A DNA stretch of 63,490 bases, filler included, from Neoconidiobolus thromboides FSU 785 (Eukaryota > Fungi > Entomophthoromycota): NCBI GenBank assembly GCA_025603075.1. It is 7 parts of 7 records of this genome, joined end to end, with 100 filler letters (N's around TTAATTAATTAA, not from the genome) between each part and the next. Parts side by side here need not be neighbours in the genome. Positions count along the whole stretch, not along the records: positions 1 to 5,116 come from MU626761.1; positions 5,217 to 18,229 come from MU626623.1; 5 more parts are not named here. One strand, 5' to 3'. Positions 1-11,789 of this stretch are shown here, piece by piece (position 1 is the stretch's first letter; every line of letters starts with the position of its first letter). A program made the position numbers and the translations under genes. Below the pieces are notes generated by a model that did no database searches, was not told the DNA's origin, and was given only the letters and a program-made list of their open reading frames with translations.

Positions 1-506
1 AATAACGCTACTTGTTGGTTTTTATTTCCTGTTTCCCTCAAAGCACTAATTTTATACATTGGTTGATTAAGTTTGTTATTATCGATAATAAACTTTGATA
101 TTATATCTTTTCTTTGTTTTATTTTATTATAAAATTCCATAAACCCTAGGTTGTTATAAGTAGCTCTTAAAATTGATATAAATGAATTACAATGTTTATA
201 TTGTGTACTCCTCCCTATTGTAGTGAAATTTTCAAAAATTCGATTTCGAAGTTTAATGAAAGTTTGCATTTATTTTTATTTCAACAGAAAACAAAGCCGA
301 ATAACTCTGTATAATTATTAAATTTTAACAGAAATAACATAAAACATATAGTTGGAAAAATCAGCTATCTAAGAAAAGGAAATAATTAAAGTAAGTTTTA
401 AATAGAGAGATTTAACTTAGGCTTTTTAGATTTAACCATCGCATTGAAGATATAAATTTGAATTAATTTCTAGTAAATTCTGAAACTAAGTATCTAGGTA
501 AACCCC
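1..506 (-). mobile_element. 5' end of a decayed Sola-like DNA transposon (second copy, cut by window start)
   Basis: 1-506 aligns by eye with 8395-8881. The minus strand reads MQTFIKLRNRIFENFTTIGRSTQYKHCNSF and then hits a stop. It ends in ...AACCCC followed by ATAT (507-510). Confidence 0.7.
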
Positions 507-589
507 ATATAGTGAATTATAATTTAATATTTTAAATAAACAATTAAAATACTTTATCTGTTTGCTATTTCTAAATAAAACTTTAAAAA

Positions 590-698
590 GGGGATCCAGA
601 TCCATTCCTTTGTTTAAGAATTTTACTAAAGTGTCTTCTTTTCACTCAAATAATAGCGCTTAAAAAATAGAAAAGTAATGAAATCAAAAAACACTCTC
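590..698 (+). mobile_element. ~100-bp MITE copy (degenerate)
   Basis: GGGGATCC..TGTTTAAGAATTTTACT..CACTCAAATA..AGCGCTTAAAAAATAGAAAAGTAATGAAATCAAAAAACACTCTC matches the family core. Confidence 0.7.
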
Positions 699-869
699 TT
701 TATGTTAGTATTAAAGTTTAAAACTATTATGCAACTTTTATTATTTAATTTTTTAATAGTTTTATTTTTATTAGATACAAATATGTTTTAAGTATTAATA
801 TAAAATTCATATAACTTTAAAAGATTTTTGTATTGTATTATTTTCAAATAGAAAACGCATCTCTATAAA

Positions 870-974
870 GGGGTATGTTTTTTTTGTAAGGATTTTACTG
901 GAGATAGCCCTTTCTATTCAAATAAAATAGCGCTTAAAAAATGGAAGAAACGGTGAAACCAAAAAAGCGCTCTC
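870..974 (+). mobile_element. MITE copy (degenerate)
   Basis: GGGGTATGTTTTT...AGCGCTTAAAAAATGGAAG...GAAACCAAAAAAGCGCTCTC followed by ATAT. Confidence 0.7.
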
Positions 975-1375
975 ATATTTTTATTTTATTTAACTTCAAG
1001 TTTTAAATTTTTTATACATGTAAAGTATTTTAAATATATCTAAATAAAGTATTAAAAATTATTTTAATAACTTTAAAACTTAAAAAAAATCCAAAATAGC
1101 TTTATTCGAATAACAATAGAGATATTTACTGACTGGTGATATTTGTTAAATCGTTCAATTAAGTAGTGGAGTTAGTAACTTTATAGAAAATAATAATAGT
1201 GATAAAATTTTTGGTGCTATAACAAACAGTTATAAGTTATAAAGCTTTAATTTTTTCTGGAAAAACTATTGTTAGTGATTTTTAGTTTAGTTTTCGTGTA
1301 ATAGTTTATATTTAGCTATATAAGTAGTAAAGTATTAGTTTTATAAAACAATTTTAAGTAATAATATTTGTATAT

Positions 1376-1478
1376 AACGTGTATTTTTTTTGTTTAATAG
1401 TTCTTACTAATATTTTTCCTCTAAAATTCCACTTTTTAAAAAACGGAAAAAACGACAAAACTAAAAACACTCTTCTAC
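1376..1478 (+). mobile_element. MITE copy (highly degenerate)
   Basis: GTGTATTTTTTTTGTTTAA..TTACTAATATTTTTCC...GGAAAAAA..AAACTAAAAACAC with ATAT flanks. Boundaries are approximate. Confidence 0.5.
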
Positions 1479-2388
1479 ATATATTGTTATTGATAATAAT
1501 AAGCACTTAACTTTAAAACTATAGTATTATCATATAACAACGCATTTGCTTTTTCTGGGCAAGTTTTAATACTACAAAGATATAATTATAAAAAGATAAG
1601 TTTTGTTATCTAAAAATATTTTTTTTAATCATATTATTTATTGTTACTTTGATGTGAGCTAAATTCAAAGATTAATAATTTATTAGAATTTTTTTTAATA
1701 ATTACATGATGAATTTTAAACTGTTAATTGTTTTTTAAATAGAAAATTGTGCTATTTTTGATTTTATTACTTTTTCTATCTCTTAAAGCCGCTATTTGAA
1801 CAGAAAAATTGTTAGTAAATTCTCAAACAAAAATACATTTGTAAATGGTAGAGAGATATTGGAAAAATTATTAAATTACAAAATGTATAAAAAAGTACCA
1901 TTAAATGAATATTAGAGATATGTACTATTTATTAAGGAAAATTTTGCATAGGTTATTTAATTTTAGCCCTTTAATTGAAAAATTAAAAATCTAGCAGCTT
2001 AAAGTTAATTAATTAGTTTTTTTGGATTAACAAAACATACATGCTTTATTAATCTAAAGGCAAAAAAACTATCTCACCACGAAAAATAATATTTATACGC
2101 ATATTATCATCAATACTTTGATAATATACTGTAAGAAACTAAAACCAAAACGTTAACTATTTATAGCTTAGCTTAATACTTTTAAAGTTAGTTTGAGTAA
2201 GCTAAAATTTAACAAAAGTACTATTGTTAATAAAAAGAATGATTATTGACAGTACGCGCTGTTTATTAGCTCAAAAGTCTATTGTGTTATATTTTTGTAA
2301 CAAAATTATAATATTAATATATGTATATATATATAAATTTAACTTTAAATTAAATATTTAGATTGCTATAACTATTTTTAAATATATA

Positions 2389-2487
2389 GGGGATATATTT
2401 TTGTGTTTAAGAATTTTACTAGTAAAATTTCCGCTCAAATAGTGCTTAAAAGATGGAAAAAGCAATAAAGCTAAAAAAACATACTTC
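2389..2487 (+). mobile_element. MITE copy
   Basis: GGGGATATATTTTTGTGTTTAAGAATTTTACT...CCGCTCAAATAGTGCTTAAAAGATGGAAAA...AAAAAAACATACTTC. Confidence 0.8.
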
Positions 2488-5116
2488 GTATATTAAGTTA
2501 GAACGATTCGAAACCACTAATAAACAAAAAATATATAATGTATAAATATATTAAAAAAATCAATATTTTAATATATAATCAAGGTAGTAATTTAGTATAA
2601 AGTACAAAAATAAGACAAAGCCTTACTTTACAAAGTCATCATTGTTCAATATAATCTAACTTTTTATTTATTATCAAAAATTTTGAATGTAATAATTTGA
2701 AACTTTGGATAGTATACAGTAAATATAAAAAGTTGACAAATTATATTTTTAGTAAAATTTACCTAATTTTATACAAATTCGGCTCTCTCCACTTTTATAA
2801 CAAATAGTTAAAAAAACTGGAGAAAAAAGGATCTTAAAAAATTAACATTGCTTTTTGAAAGTTTGATTTTAATTAAAGTCACTTCAAAATTATTTTATAG
2901 AAAAAACTGGCTAATTTAATTTCAAATAGTTTTATTTTAAGAGCTTTAAACTTGAAAATTCCATTTTTTGAAGTTGACCCCCAATACTAAATAGATTCAC
3001 ATCTTATTTAAAATGGTTAAACATTATCTAGGATCTTTAAGCGGCTGGGCCCAGTTTTAAACCTGTTCTTTTAACTTTTAAGCAACAAACTATAAAAATT
3101 AGTTTTATAATAAAATATTTGACTTCTGAAAAAGGGTTTGGGATATAAATTTAAATTCTTTTTCCATAATGACTATCGCAAAGCTTCATCTCTGTTCAAA
3201 ACCTCAATATACTTTATATAATCTTCAGCAATAATGATGTTATTTTTTAGCTTGTCAACAAAGTTCAATATTAAAGCACAAAACCAATACTTAAATATAT
3301 TAAGTTGTGCATTTTATTATTATTGTTTTGACTTTTTTATTAGCTGTTTTATTAATAAACATAACTAGTAAGTTTTCCTAAATTGCTGAGACCGGATACA
3401 ATAGCAATTAGAAAATAAGTTTCTTTTGGAACTTTTATTATTCTATTAGCTTTATATATTTTTAAAGCAAACTATATATATAACTACTACTTTAGATTAA
3501 ATCTTTGTTGAAGCAACTCTAGCTTCATCTATATCAAAATGCTTTTTTTATAATTTAATTTAAAATCCTTTACACAAATCAAATTGAATTATTTTTGGGT
3601 CATTTTTCATAGATTTTGGAATGGATGATAACTTTTTTCACATATAACCCCAATCACCTTTTTAAGGACCCCTTTGAACTTCTAGGGGGAAACGCACTTA
3701 ATAAATCCCTTTTATTTACCAACTTTATCAAGTCTTTTCTTTATGGCTTTTTAAACCATTTATATTTATTTTTCAATCTCACAAAAATCATTCACATTTA
3801 TTTATTTCTCTTTTAAATTTGTGGTTTTATCCTCTTTTATTATTCCTTGAGTTCTTTTTTGAGCTTTCACGCCTTTATTTAGTTTATCAAATTCCTTTCT
3901 GGACAGAGTATAAAAGTTGATTTATATTAACTTTTTAATGGTTGGTTGGTTGCATTATCCTCCTGTATCTTTTCTGTGTTTACGTTCATTTATTAGATGA
4001 TTTTTCATTTCCCAACATTTGAATGTTTGATTTTGTTATTTTACAATAGTTGTATTTTGAAATTTTTATTACATGAAGGGGGGCTTTCTTTCTCAACCTT
4101 TTTTATTTAGATTAGTTACAAATTGCTTCCTTTTTTTGTTAGTGGTTTATCTCCAAAAACGTTTATTGATTTATGTTATATTTAATTTCAATCCAATTCT
4201 TTAATTATCTAGTTCATTTAAAAAGTAAATCTTGTTTTAGATTTATTTTAATACTGTAATTGTTTTGAAGCTTTCTCAATTTTGTGACCAATTGATTGGC
4301 TAAACTCACGGTTTGGTTTTATATCCATTTTTTAAATATTTCTTTTAACTTTGATTAGAACCAGAGATATCCCCCCCTTTAGGTTAATGAACAGCATATA
4401 TGTTAACAGTCGGGATTTTTATTAGTACATATGAAAGCCCCTTGTTTTACTAACTTAAATAAATGGACGCTTACTGGGCAGTTTACTGGTTTTTAATAAA
4501 GATAAAATAATTTAAACTAATTTAAAATTGGACTTTTTGAACTGGTGCTTAAAAGTACTTTGTACTTAATCAAAAATTTTAAGAGTAGTTGAGTTGGCGC
4601 GACTTTTAATAATGACCTCTCTTCCCTTTAATTTTTTTGCTTTTCATTTACCAAAAATTATACTAAATAAAAGTTGTAAACAATTTCGATAGTAGAAATA
4701 CAATAAGTTGGGCCAAATTTTATTTTTTGACAGAACAATCATCTATAGAAAATTTAATCCTTAAAAGTCAATGCAAGTTGTTTACACACAAAGTGGAGGG
4801 TATACTAAGGTAGATTTTGAAAACATCTTGGGTAGTAAAAATACAATAGAATAAGTTAGAAAAATTTTACTTTAAAAATATCTTTGTTATGAGTGAGCCC
4901 TAGCTCAGCTAGATTCAAAAGCCGTTACTCTTAAATGCATAATCGTTTGGATCAGTTGAGCAACAAAACTTTGTTCCAAATTTTGGTATTTTTAATTGAA
5001 TAACCAGTGATTCGATTTAAATGCAGTGAGGATTTTTTAAAAGCTACCCTCCAGCTAAGATATTCCTCGAATCAACTTTAGTATTTTAATTTGAATCAAG
5101 TTATTTTCAATAGTTA

Positions 5117-5216
5117 NNNNNNNNNNNNNNNNNNNNNNNNNNNNNNNNNNNNNNNNNNNNTTAATTAATTAANNNNNNNNNNNNNNNNNNNNNNNNNNNN
5201 NNNNNNNNNNNNNNNN
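5117..5216. other. Artificial assembly pad N44-TTAATTAATTAA-N44
   Basis: The identical 100-bp pad with stops in all frames recurs at 18230-18329, 23207-23306, 36609-36708, 38130-38229 and 61570-61669. Confidence 0.98.
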
Positions 5217-5370
5217 TTACTATCTTTATTTGGTTTTGGTTTTGGATCTCAAGCTATTGCAGGTGCTTTTGTTTTTATTATTAGTAAAGTTATAGAGACA
5301 ATTACTCGAAAGATATTCAAAACAGTTGCTACTCCACTTTTAAAAGCTAAAAAGAAACTAATCAAATAGA
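5217..5370 (+). CDS. Secreted cationic peptide A, copy 2 (5' part lost in gap)
   Basis: Near-identical to 16930-17082. Reads LLSLFGFGFGSQAIAGAFVFIISKVIETITRKIFKTVATPLLKAKKKLIK*. Confidence 0.8.
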
Positions 5371-5687
5371 GTCTTATCACTCAATAAACTATTTATCTTT
5401 TTGTGAATAGAATTTATGTTATCATGTTGACTTTTAAGCTATTCCAAAAACTTTCTTGAAGAAATTTATAGAGATTTTATGTAATATTTTTAATGTAACA
5501 TAAACAGTTGTATTTAAGGTAATTTATATTTATAAAGCATTTTTTTAATATTTTGAAAGGTATAAATTAATTTAAAAAGACAATTTGGGAAAATTAATAA
5601 AAATCAATATTAAACTTTGGATGATCAAAAAATAAAAATAAAATATAAAAAAGATAATTAATAAATACAAGCTTAGTATTACAAAAA

Positions 5688-5951
5688 ATGAGGAATTTTA
5701 ATTTGATATATTTGACAGTAGTCCTTTTAATTCTTATACTTAGTAGTTATGGTAAAGAGCTGATTGATAGTAGAAAAGTAAGTAAGGGTAGTGGAAAAGT
5801 ATTATCATTTTTAGGCGTTGATTTTAAATATCAAGTTGCTGCAAGTGTTGCTGTATTTGTAGCTAGTAAAGTTGCACAAGGAGTGGTTATAAAATCTGCT
5901 AAAAAAATTACATCCCCGCTTTTAAAAGCTAAAAGTAAATTAATTAACTAA
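5688..5951 (+). CDS. Secreted cationic peptide B (87 aa), copy 1
   Basis: Hydrophobic signal peptide (MRNFNLIYLTVVLLILILSSYG), then a Lys-rich Cys-free region. Paralogous to peptide A. Confidence 0.8.
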   Translation: MRNFNLIYLTVVLLILILSSYGKELIDSRKVSKGSGKVLSFLGVDFKYQVAASVAVFVASKVAQGVVIKSAKKITSPLLKAKSKLIN

Positions 5952-7029
5952 GTTAAATCGATTTGTCAATTTCTTTTATTTTATCATTATTAATTTTTAA
6001 AATAAACTGGTTTACTATTAAGTGCTGTTAATTTCTTTTATATTTTATGTAACTTTGTTGATTATTTGGTTCCCATCATCATACAGATTAGAATAGTAGA
6101 TCTAGAGAGTTTATAGAAGATATAGGCTAATTTTATTATAAACTGTTGAAAGTATTGCTCAAATAGATGTCGTGTTATTATTAAAATAAAGAGAGTACTC
6201 AAATTAAGAGATATAGTATCAAAAACCTCAAGATCCTTTAAATCTGTTTGAAACGTTAACTTTAACTCATACTTTTTTATAATTTGACATTGATTTATAC
6301 AAAAGATATATATGATATATATACTTTTGAAACATCTCTTCAGCTTAGAGCTTTAAAACAGTAAAACAAATCTTTGAAATCTTTGAATTAAACCGTTATA
6401 AGTATTGGGGTTGTCTGAATTAGTTTCATTATTTTATCCAATTTTTGAAAAATTTTGTATTTTAAAAACTTCGCTTAAAATTCTATAAAATCATATCTTT
6501 TATTAAAACAAAAGTACCCGGACATAGTTCTAAGTTATTCTATTATAGCTCATAATGTAAGTTAGTTGAATTTCTACTAGATCTTAAATACATATTGTTA
6601 TAGAACTTTATTGAGAAATATTTATTATCAACTGCTTTATAACCAACATTGTAGATTTATTATCAAACAAATAAACTACTTTAATGTTATAATTACATTA
6701 TTAATATATTGCCAAGTTAATAAATAGCTGCATGGGAGGGAGTGGTTAGCCCCAAAACTATAGTCAACCATCCCTAGATAGTACAAGTAATAATAGTCTT
6801 TACATATTATTACAGTTACTTGTTCTTTGACTATTTATTAACTTAGATATTAATAACTTAAGTAATCTTAACATTTAGCAACCTATTTCTATCATTCAGC
6901 AAACTACTTACTTGCTTAGTAAATATCGAAATTTTTAAATTCTCTGTTATCTTCGTAAGGTAAACTGGGATCCATCTTTTGATTTTTCTGTTTTCTAGAC
7001 TCTATAACTCTAATTGGAACTATATCGCT

Positions 7030-8881
7030 TTTTTTTTTGATGTATCAGATACTAGATAACAATGTAGTTTATTGTTATGTTTAATAAAGTGTAAATACTT
7101 CTTAATATCTTGTATCTCTATTATTCTTTTTGTATTTTTATTTCCTTCATACTTTTTAAAAATTATACCTGTTTTCCCATTGGGGATGTATTTTTGTGTT
7201 TAAGAATTTTACTAATAATTTTTCCACTCAAATAGTGCTTGAAAGATGGAAAAAATAATGAAGCCAAAAAAAACATCCCCATTATTAACAGTCGAGTTAT
7301 TAATTTTATTATGCTCGCAAATAAAAGCCTCAAGTCTTGAAATTAATTGATTGATATCTTCTATTTTACCTAACGCTTCAAAACTACTTTTCCATTTTGA
7401 AAGGTTTCCAAAATGTCCATCAACTATGCTTTTTCCATGATGCTCAGCAAAAAAATTAAGATTAACATTCAAACTACTATTTATTTTATGAATTTCTTTA
7501 AACATATAGTGTAGAAACTCTTGGGATCTAAAATGATTTCCTGTATCTGCCCACATATTAACTTTTGTAAACTTTTTAAATAAAAGCTCTGTAGAGATCA
7601 AATTGATTAAACAATCTCTTGCATATGCTGAATCATGATTCAATATTTCAGATAAATAATCAAAGTAAACTTTGCCTATTGTTTTATCATCTTTTAAATA
7701 TAAAACACCAAAATATAATACTGATATAGCTTGTTTATTATAATGATCTAAATTTATTGAATCTGGTCTTGTCCCTATTTCCATATTTTGTTTAAAATCT
7801 AAAATTATTATACAACTTTTATTATTTAATTTTTCAATAGTTTCATTAAATGTGTTTTTTTGAGTATCAACACAGAATTTATGTAATTTGTATAATTTTT
7901 CTTCTTTATTGAAAATTTCTTGTATCTCTGCTTTATTCTTTATTGCTGTATTTTATTTTATTTTTAAATAACTTTTTTCTAACTATATACTAGTTACATG
8001 TATTATATAGATCTGTTTTTCTTGCTGTATTTTTGAAATTACTTGGTATATATTTAAAGAACGTTGACCTAGCTACTGCTTTATCTCTTATATCATTAAA
8101 ATATTTACCGTATCTCATTCTTCTACTTTCATTTAATATATATATATTATTTGATGAATATTTACTATCGTTATTTTTTTTATTAAATCTTGATGAAATA
8201 GTTGAATCATTTAGTAAATATTGTATAATAGTTTCAATTTGGTCATCTTTAATTTTTTTTGTATTTTTAATAATAGGTTGTAATGTTGATATTTTATTAT
8301 TGTTATTTATTTTTGAAAATCACATTGATTTCTGTTTATATTAAACCCAAAACTCTTGCATTCATCAAAAGAATATACTGAAGCTATAGTTGATAATAAC
8401 GCTACTTGTTAATTTTTATTTGCTGTTTCTCTTAAAGCACTAATTTTATACATTACTTGATTAAGTTTATTATTATCGATAGTAAACTTGGATAATAGAT
8501 CTTTTCTTTGTTTTGTTTTATTATAAAATTCCATAAACCCTGGGTTGTTATAAGTAGCTCTTAAAACTGATGTAAATGAATTACAATGTTTATATTGTGT
8601 ACTCCTCCCTATTGTATTGAAATTTCCAAAAATTCCATTTCGAAGTTTAGTTATGAAAGTTTGCATTTTATTTTTATTTCAACAAAAAATAAAGTCAAAT
8701 AACCCTATTTATATAATTAGGAAAATTAGCTATATAAGAAAAGAAAACAATAAAAGCAAGTTTGAAATAAAGAAATCTAATTTTAGGCTTTTTAGATTTA
8801 ACCGTTATATTGGACGCAAACTTAAAATTTTGAATTTGGATTAAGTTCTAAGTAGATTCTGAAACCAATTAGGACAGCCCC
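7030..8881 (-). mobile_element. Decayed Sola-like DDD DNA transposon with transposase pseudogene
   Basis: In-frame acidic triad: CIIILDFKQN (~7790-7815), MWADTGNHFRS, FFAEHHGKSIVDGHFG. Upstream ARSTFFKYIP..RKTDLYNTC motif. Stops and frameshifts present. Terminus GAAACCAATTAGGACAGCCCC(8881)+ATAT. The other end was not identified, so the left boundary is approximate. Confidence 0.75.
7182..7280 (+). mobile_element. MITE copy inserted in the transposase 3' coding region
   Basis: Perfect GGGGATG...CATCCCC ends with ATT on both flanks. Transposase-like reading (GKTGIIFKKYEG) resumes beyond it. Confidence 0.9.
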
Positions 8882-9005
8882 ATATCTATTTTAGCTGATA
8901 ATATTAAGGTTAAGCATCAAAATCACTTCATTTAAAAATTATTAATAATATTAAAGAATTTATCATACCACTACTTATACCTACTATATTAATAAATATT
9001 GTAAA

Positions 9006-10331
9006 TCAGAAATAACCTTTATATTTTATCCAATTCAACATAAAAATCTGATCTAATGCTTGATAGAGTTCTGAATTATAACTATATGGAATAGGAGCAA
9101 TGAGGAGTAAAGAAGTAGGAAGATTATAAGTGATAGTTGATTCTCTCATCTTTAAGTTAAAGTTTCGAATTTTAATAACTTGAAGATTTGGAAAAAATGA
9201 TAAAAATGAAAGAAATTCGTCCAGATAAAGAATTAAACCATCAACTATAATTTGTTTTATAAAGTCAGCTTTGTATTTGCTAGGTTCATTTAAATCAGAA
9301 TCTTGACTTGTACAATAACCATTCATTGATAAACGGTCAATAAAGATATGTTGTATATTTGGTAATAATGGGAGTATATTAAATAACCTTGTAGCTATAT
9401 TATCAATAGTTAATTGTTTTGAGTTAACTAACCTTTTTAAATAATGGTCAACTGGTTTACTAAAGCTTGACCATCCTGAAATAAATAAATGATCTTTTTC
9501 AATTAAACTAGTGCTATTACTCATATCGAATAAAAAATTAGATAAATCTTTTAATTCCATCTGCTTTAAGTAATTTAAATTTCCAAAGGCCTTGATATCA
9601 AAATCATCCCAAAAGTGTCCTTGAATTTTTAATTTTAAATAAGATGCAAAATTAACGTTAGAGTTGAGGTTAATTGATGTATCAGTAAAATCACAGTGTG
9701 CTAAATTCAATATTTTTAAACTTAAAAACTTTGTTTTTATTGTATCTAATCCACTAACATTTAAATTATTAAAGTCTAATGTTAATGACTTTAATTTATT
9801 AGGGTTAAAATATCTAATTATATCTTCAATATATATATCAAGTTCATTAAACCTGGTTATTTCCATTAATTCAATTACTTCAATTTGATTGAGATAATTA
9901 TTAAATAACTTTAGATTACCAATAACGTTACTATGACGTATCACTATCATTTTTAATTTTGTTAGATTTACCTTAATACTAAATTCAATGTAGTGATCAA
10001 TACTTTCACCATCTTGATCCTCAATATAACCATCGATCTCTAACGATGTTATATTAGGACAATTATTTAATAATTCAAGGTTGTCATCATATAAATATAA
10101 ATGTCTCATCATTGCTCCATTTTGTTCAATAAAGTTTTGTTGGTATATTCTATATTGATTACTCACATTATAATAATAAATTGAATAAGATAAATTATAT
10201 TTAATTGTATTATTTGCAATATTAAATAAGTATTTGTTTAAAAAGCGTAAGTCAAATAGTTCAGTTGGATCCAGTAATTTGAATATATCTTCTAATAAAA
10301 CAATAGGTAAATGATCGAATTGAATAGACAT
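9006..10331 (-). CDS. F-box / LRR-like protein, paralogue 1
   Basis: N-terminal F-box (LPIVLLEDIFKLLDPTELFDLRFLNKYL) and LxxLxL repeats (LKSLTLD, LKILNLA, PNLQVIKIRN). Intronless, 441 aa. Confidence 0.85.
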   Translation of the reverse strand: MSIQFDHLPIVLLEDIFKLLDPTELFDLRFLNKYLFNIANNTIKYNLSYSIYYYNVSNQYRIYQQNFIEQNGAMMRHLYLYDDNLELLNNCPNITSLEIDGYIEDQDGESIDHYIEFSIKVNLTKLKMIVIRHSNVIGNLKLFNNYLNQIEVIELMEITRFNELDIYIEDIIRYFNPNKLKSLTLDFNNLNVSGLDTIKTKFLSLKILNLAHCDFTDTSINLNSNVNFASYLKLKIQGHFWDDFDIKAFGNLNYLKQMELKDLSNFLFDMSNSTSLIEKDHLFISGWSSFSKPVDHYLKRLVNSKQLTIDNIATRLFNILPLLPNIQHIFIDRLSMNGYCTSQDSDLNEPSKYKADFIKQIIVDGLILYLDEFLSFLSFFPNLQVIKIRNFNLKMRESTITYNLPTSLLLIAPIPYSYNSELYQALDQIFMLNWIKYKGYF

Positions 10332-10716
10332 TGTAAATAAATTTATAAAGAAATAACTTATTTTTCTACTTTATATATTTTTAAAATTGATTTATTTGGT
10401 AAATTGTATTTGAGCCTTAATTGGTTACTTTTTATTTAATCCAATTAAAATTAGTGATGCATATAAGAAATGTTCTTATATATTTTTATATTTCTTCTGT
10501 ATATAGTAAATTAATTTTAAGTAGCAGTTTATTTAGTAAATACAAAAATAATATAACATTATTATTTAATGTTTTATTCAATTTCTAAATATACTCCACT
10601 TTATAAGAACTATATGTTTTTTATATTTTGTTATCATTTTATTATTACTTTGTAAATGTTTATTTTAATCCAGTAAGTCAATGTTATAAAATCAATTAAA
10701 TATGAAAATGTATGAG

Positions 10717-11179
10717 TGTGAAATATCGCTTTGTCAGTCTTATGGTTAGTTATAGCATAACAATCGCCTAAGCTGTCGTGTTCTCGATTATAGAGACAAT
10801 TAGTCCCATGCTCTTATCCTGATTTGCTATGAGAATTTCTAGCTCCATTCAAAAGAATATTATCTTTTCATTTTGATATTTATACTTTTCAGAGTATAAA
10901 AGATATTTTAGAATATAGTAGTTCGAGGCTTTTTAACTGAATTATTCACTGATATCTCGAACACCTAATAAAACCACTAAGTTTACTTAATAGTATTTTA
11001 CGTAGGTTTTACATTATTATTGTTTATTCTATTTGTTTTACATAGTCTGTAGCATATTACGTGCTATTCTTCATAATTCAAGTCTATCTTAGTCACATAA
11101 ACTAAGACCTTTCGACTTATAGTGTAGTCGACCAGGCAACAACTGTTTTGACTCCAAACGCTGAGTACTAGATCTCACA
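10717..11179 (+). mobile_element. Solo-LTR-like repeat (463 bp)
   Basis: TGTGA...TCACA termini. Homologous to 13701-14164 and 49781-50239. No internal gag/pol seen. Confidence 0.65.
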
Positions 11180-11566
11180 GTATTTAAAAAACTGCTTTGA
11201 AATAGACGTTGACTTTGTTTAAGAATCTAATAAAATATGGTTTATATTCAAGTTTGATAAGAGTTACTTTCGGTAAAATAGATTTCATTTAAAAAACTAA
11301 TTTTTTTGAAGGGAATAATGTTATATCATTTCTTAGTAATTTAAGGATTTAACCGAGATAACTCATAAGCCACCAAATAAAGCAGGGGGCTACCATCAAC
11401 ATCATGGACATCAGTTAACCAACCAAAAAGATATAAGCCATGATATTAAGGAGGATACTTTAATATGTTTGATTGATTAAATAAAATCATTGAGAAGAGA
11501 ATAAGATAAAAGCTAAAAAATAAATTGAAAGAAGCTTTTTAAACGTTTTGTTGATATTTAACATAT

Positions 11567-11662
11567 GTGGATGTTTTTTGATTTCATTACTATTCCATTT
11601 TTTAAGCGCTATTTCAGTGGAAAGATTGTTACTAAAATTCTTGAATAAAAAAATACATCTTC
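11567..11662 (-). mobile_element. MITE copy
   Basis: ATAT-GTGGATG...CATCTTC-ATAT, reverse orientation of the family core. Confidence 0.85.
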
Positions 11663-11789
11663 ATATTTATTTTAAATAATAATATTAGAGTTAAACATTA
11701 AGATCACTTTATTTAGAATCTATCATTAATATCAAAGAGTTTATTATTTCACTATTGTAACTACAATAATAGCAAGTAAAACAATTCAA

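Larger units (their letters stand above)
5217..6516 (+). repeat. 1.3-kb direct repeat, copy 1 (partner 16930-18229)
   Basis: Collinear match from TTACTATCTTT to ACAAAAGTA with only scattered SNPs. Confidence 0.95.

Noticed and set aside
3100-5116. Possible degenerate retroelement ORF (Lys-rich minus-strand fragments; ORF 3616-3816)
   Set aside because: Many stops, and no RT, integrase or clean CCHC motif could be confirmed by eye.
5161-5172. TTAATTAATTAA flanked by N runs, six times, as a possible biological repeat
   Set aside because: Fixed 44N-12-44N format with stops in all frames: an assembly or concatenation pad.
8033-8344. Plus-strand hydrophobic ORF (103 aa) and ORF 8617-8844
   Set aside because: Antisense shadows of the AT-rich transposase relic on the minus strand.
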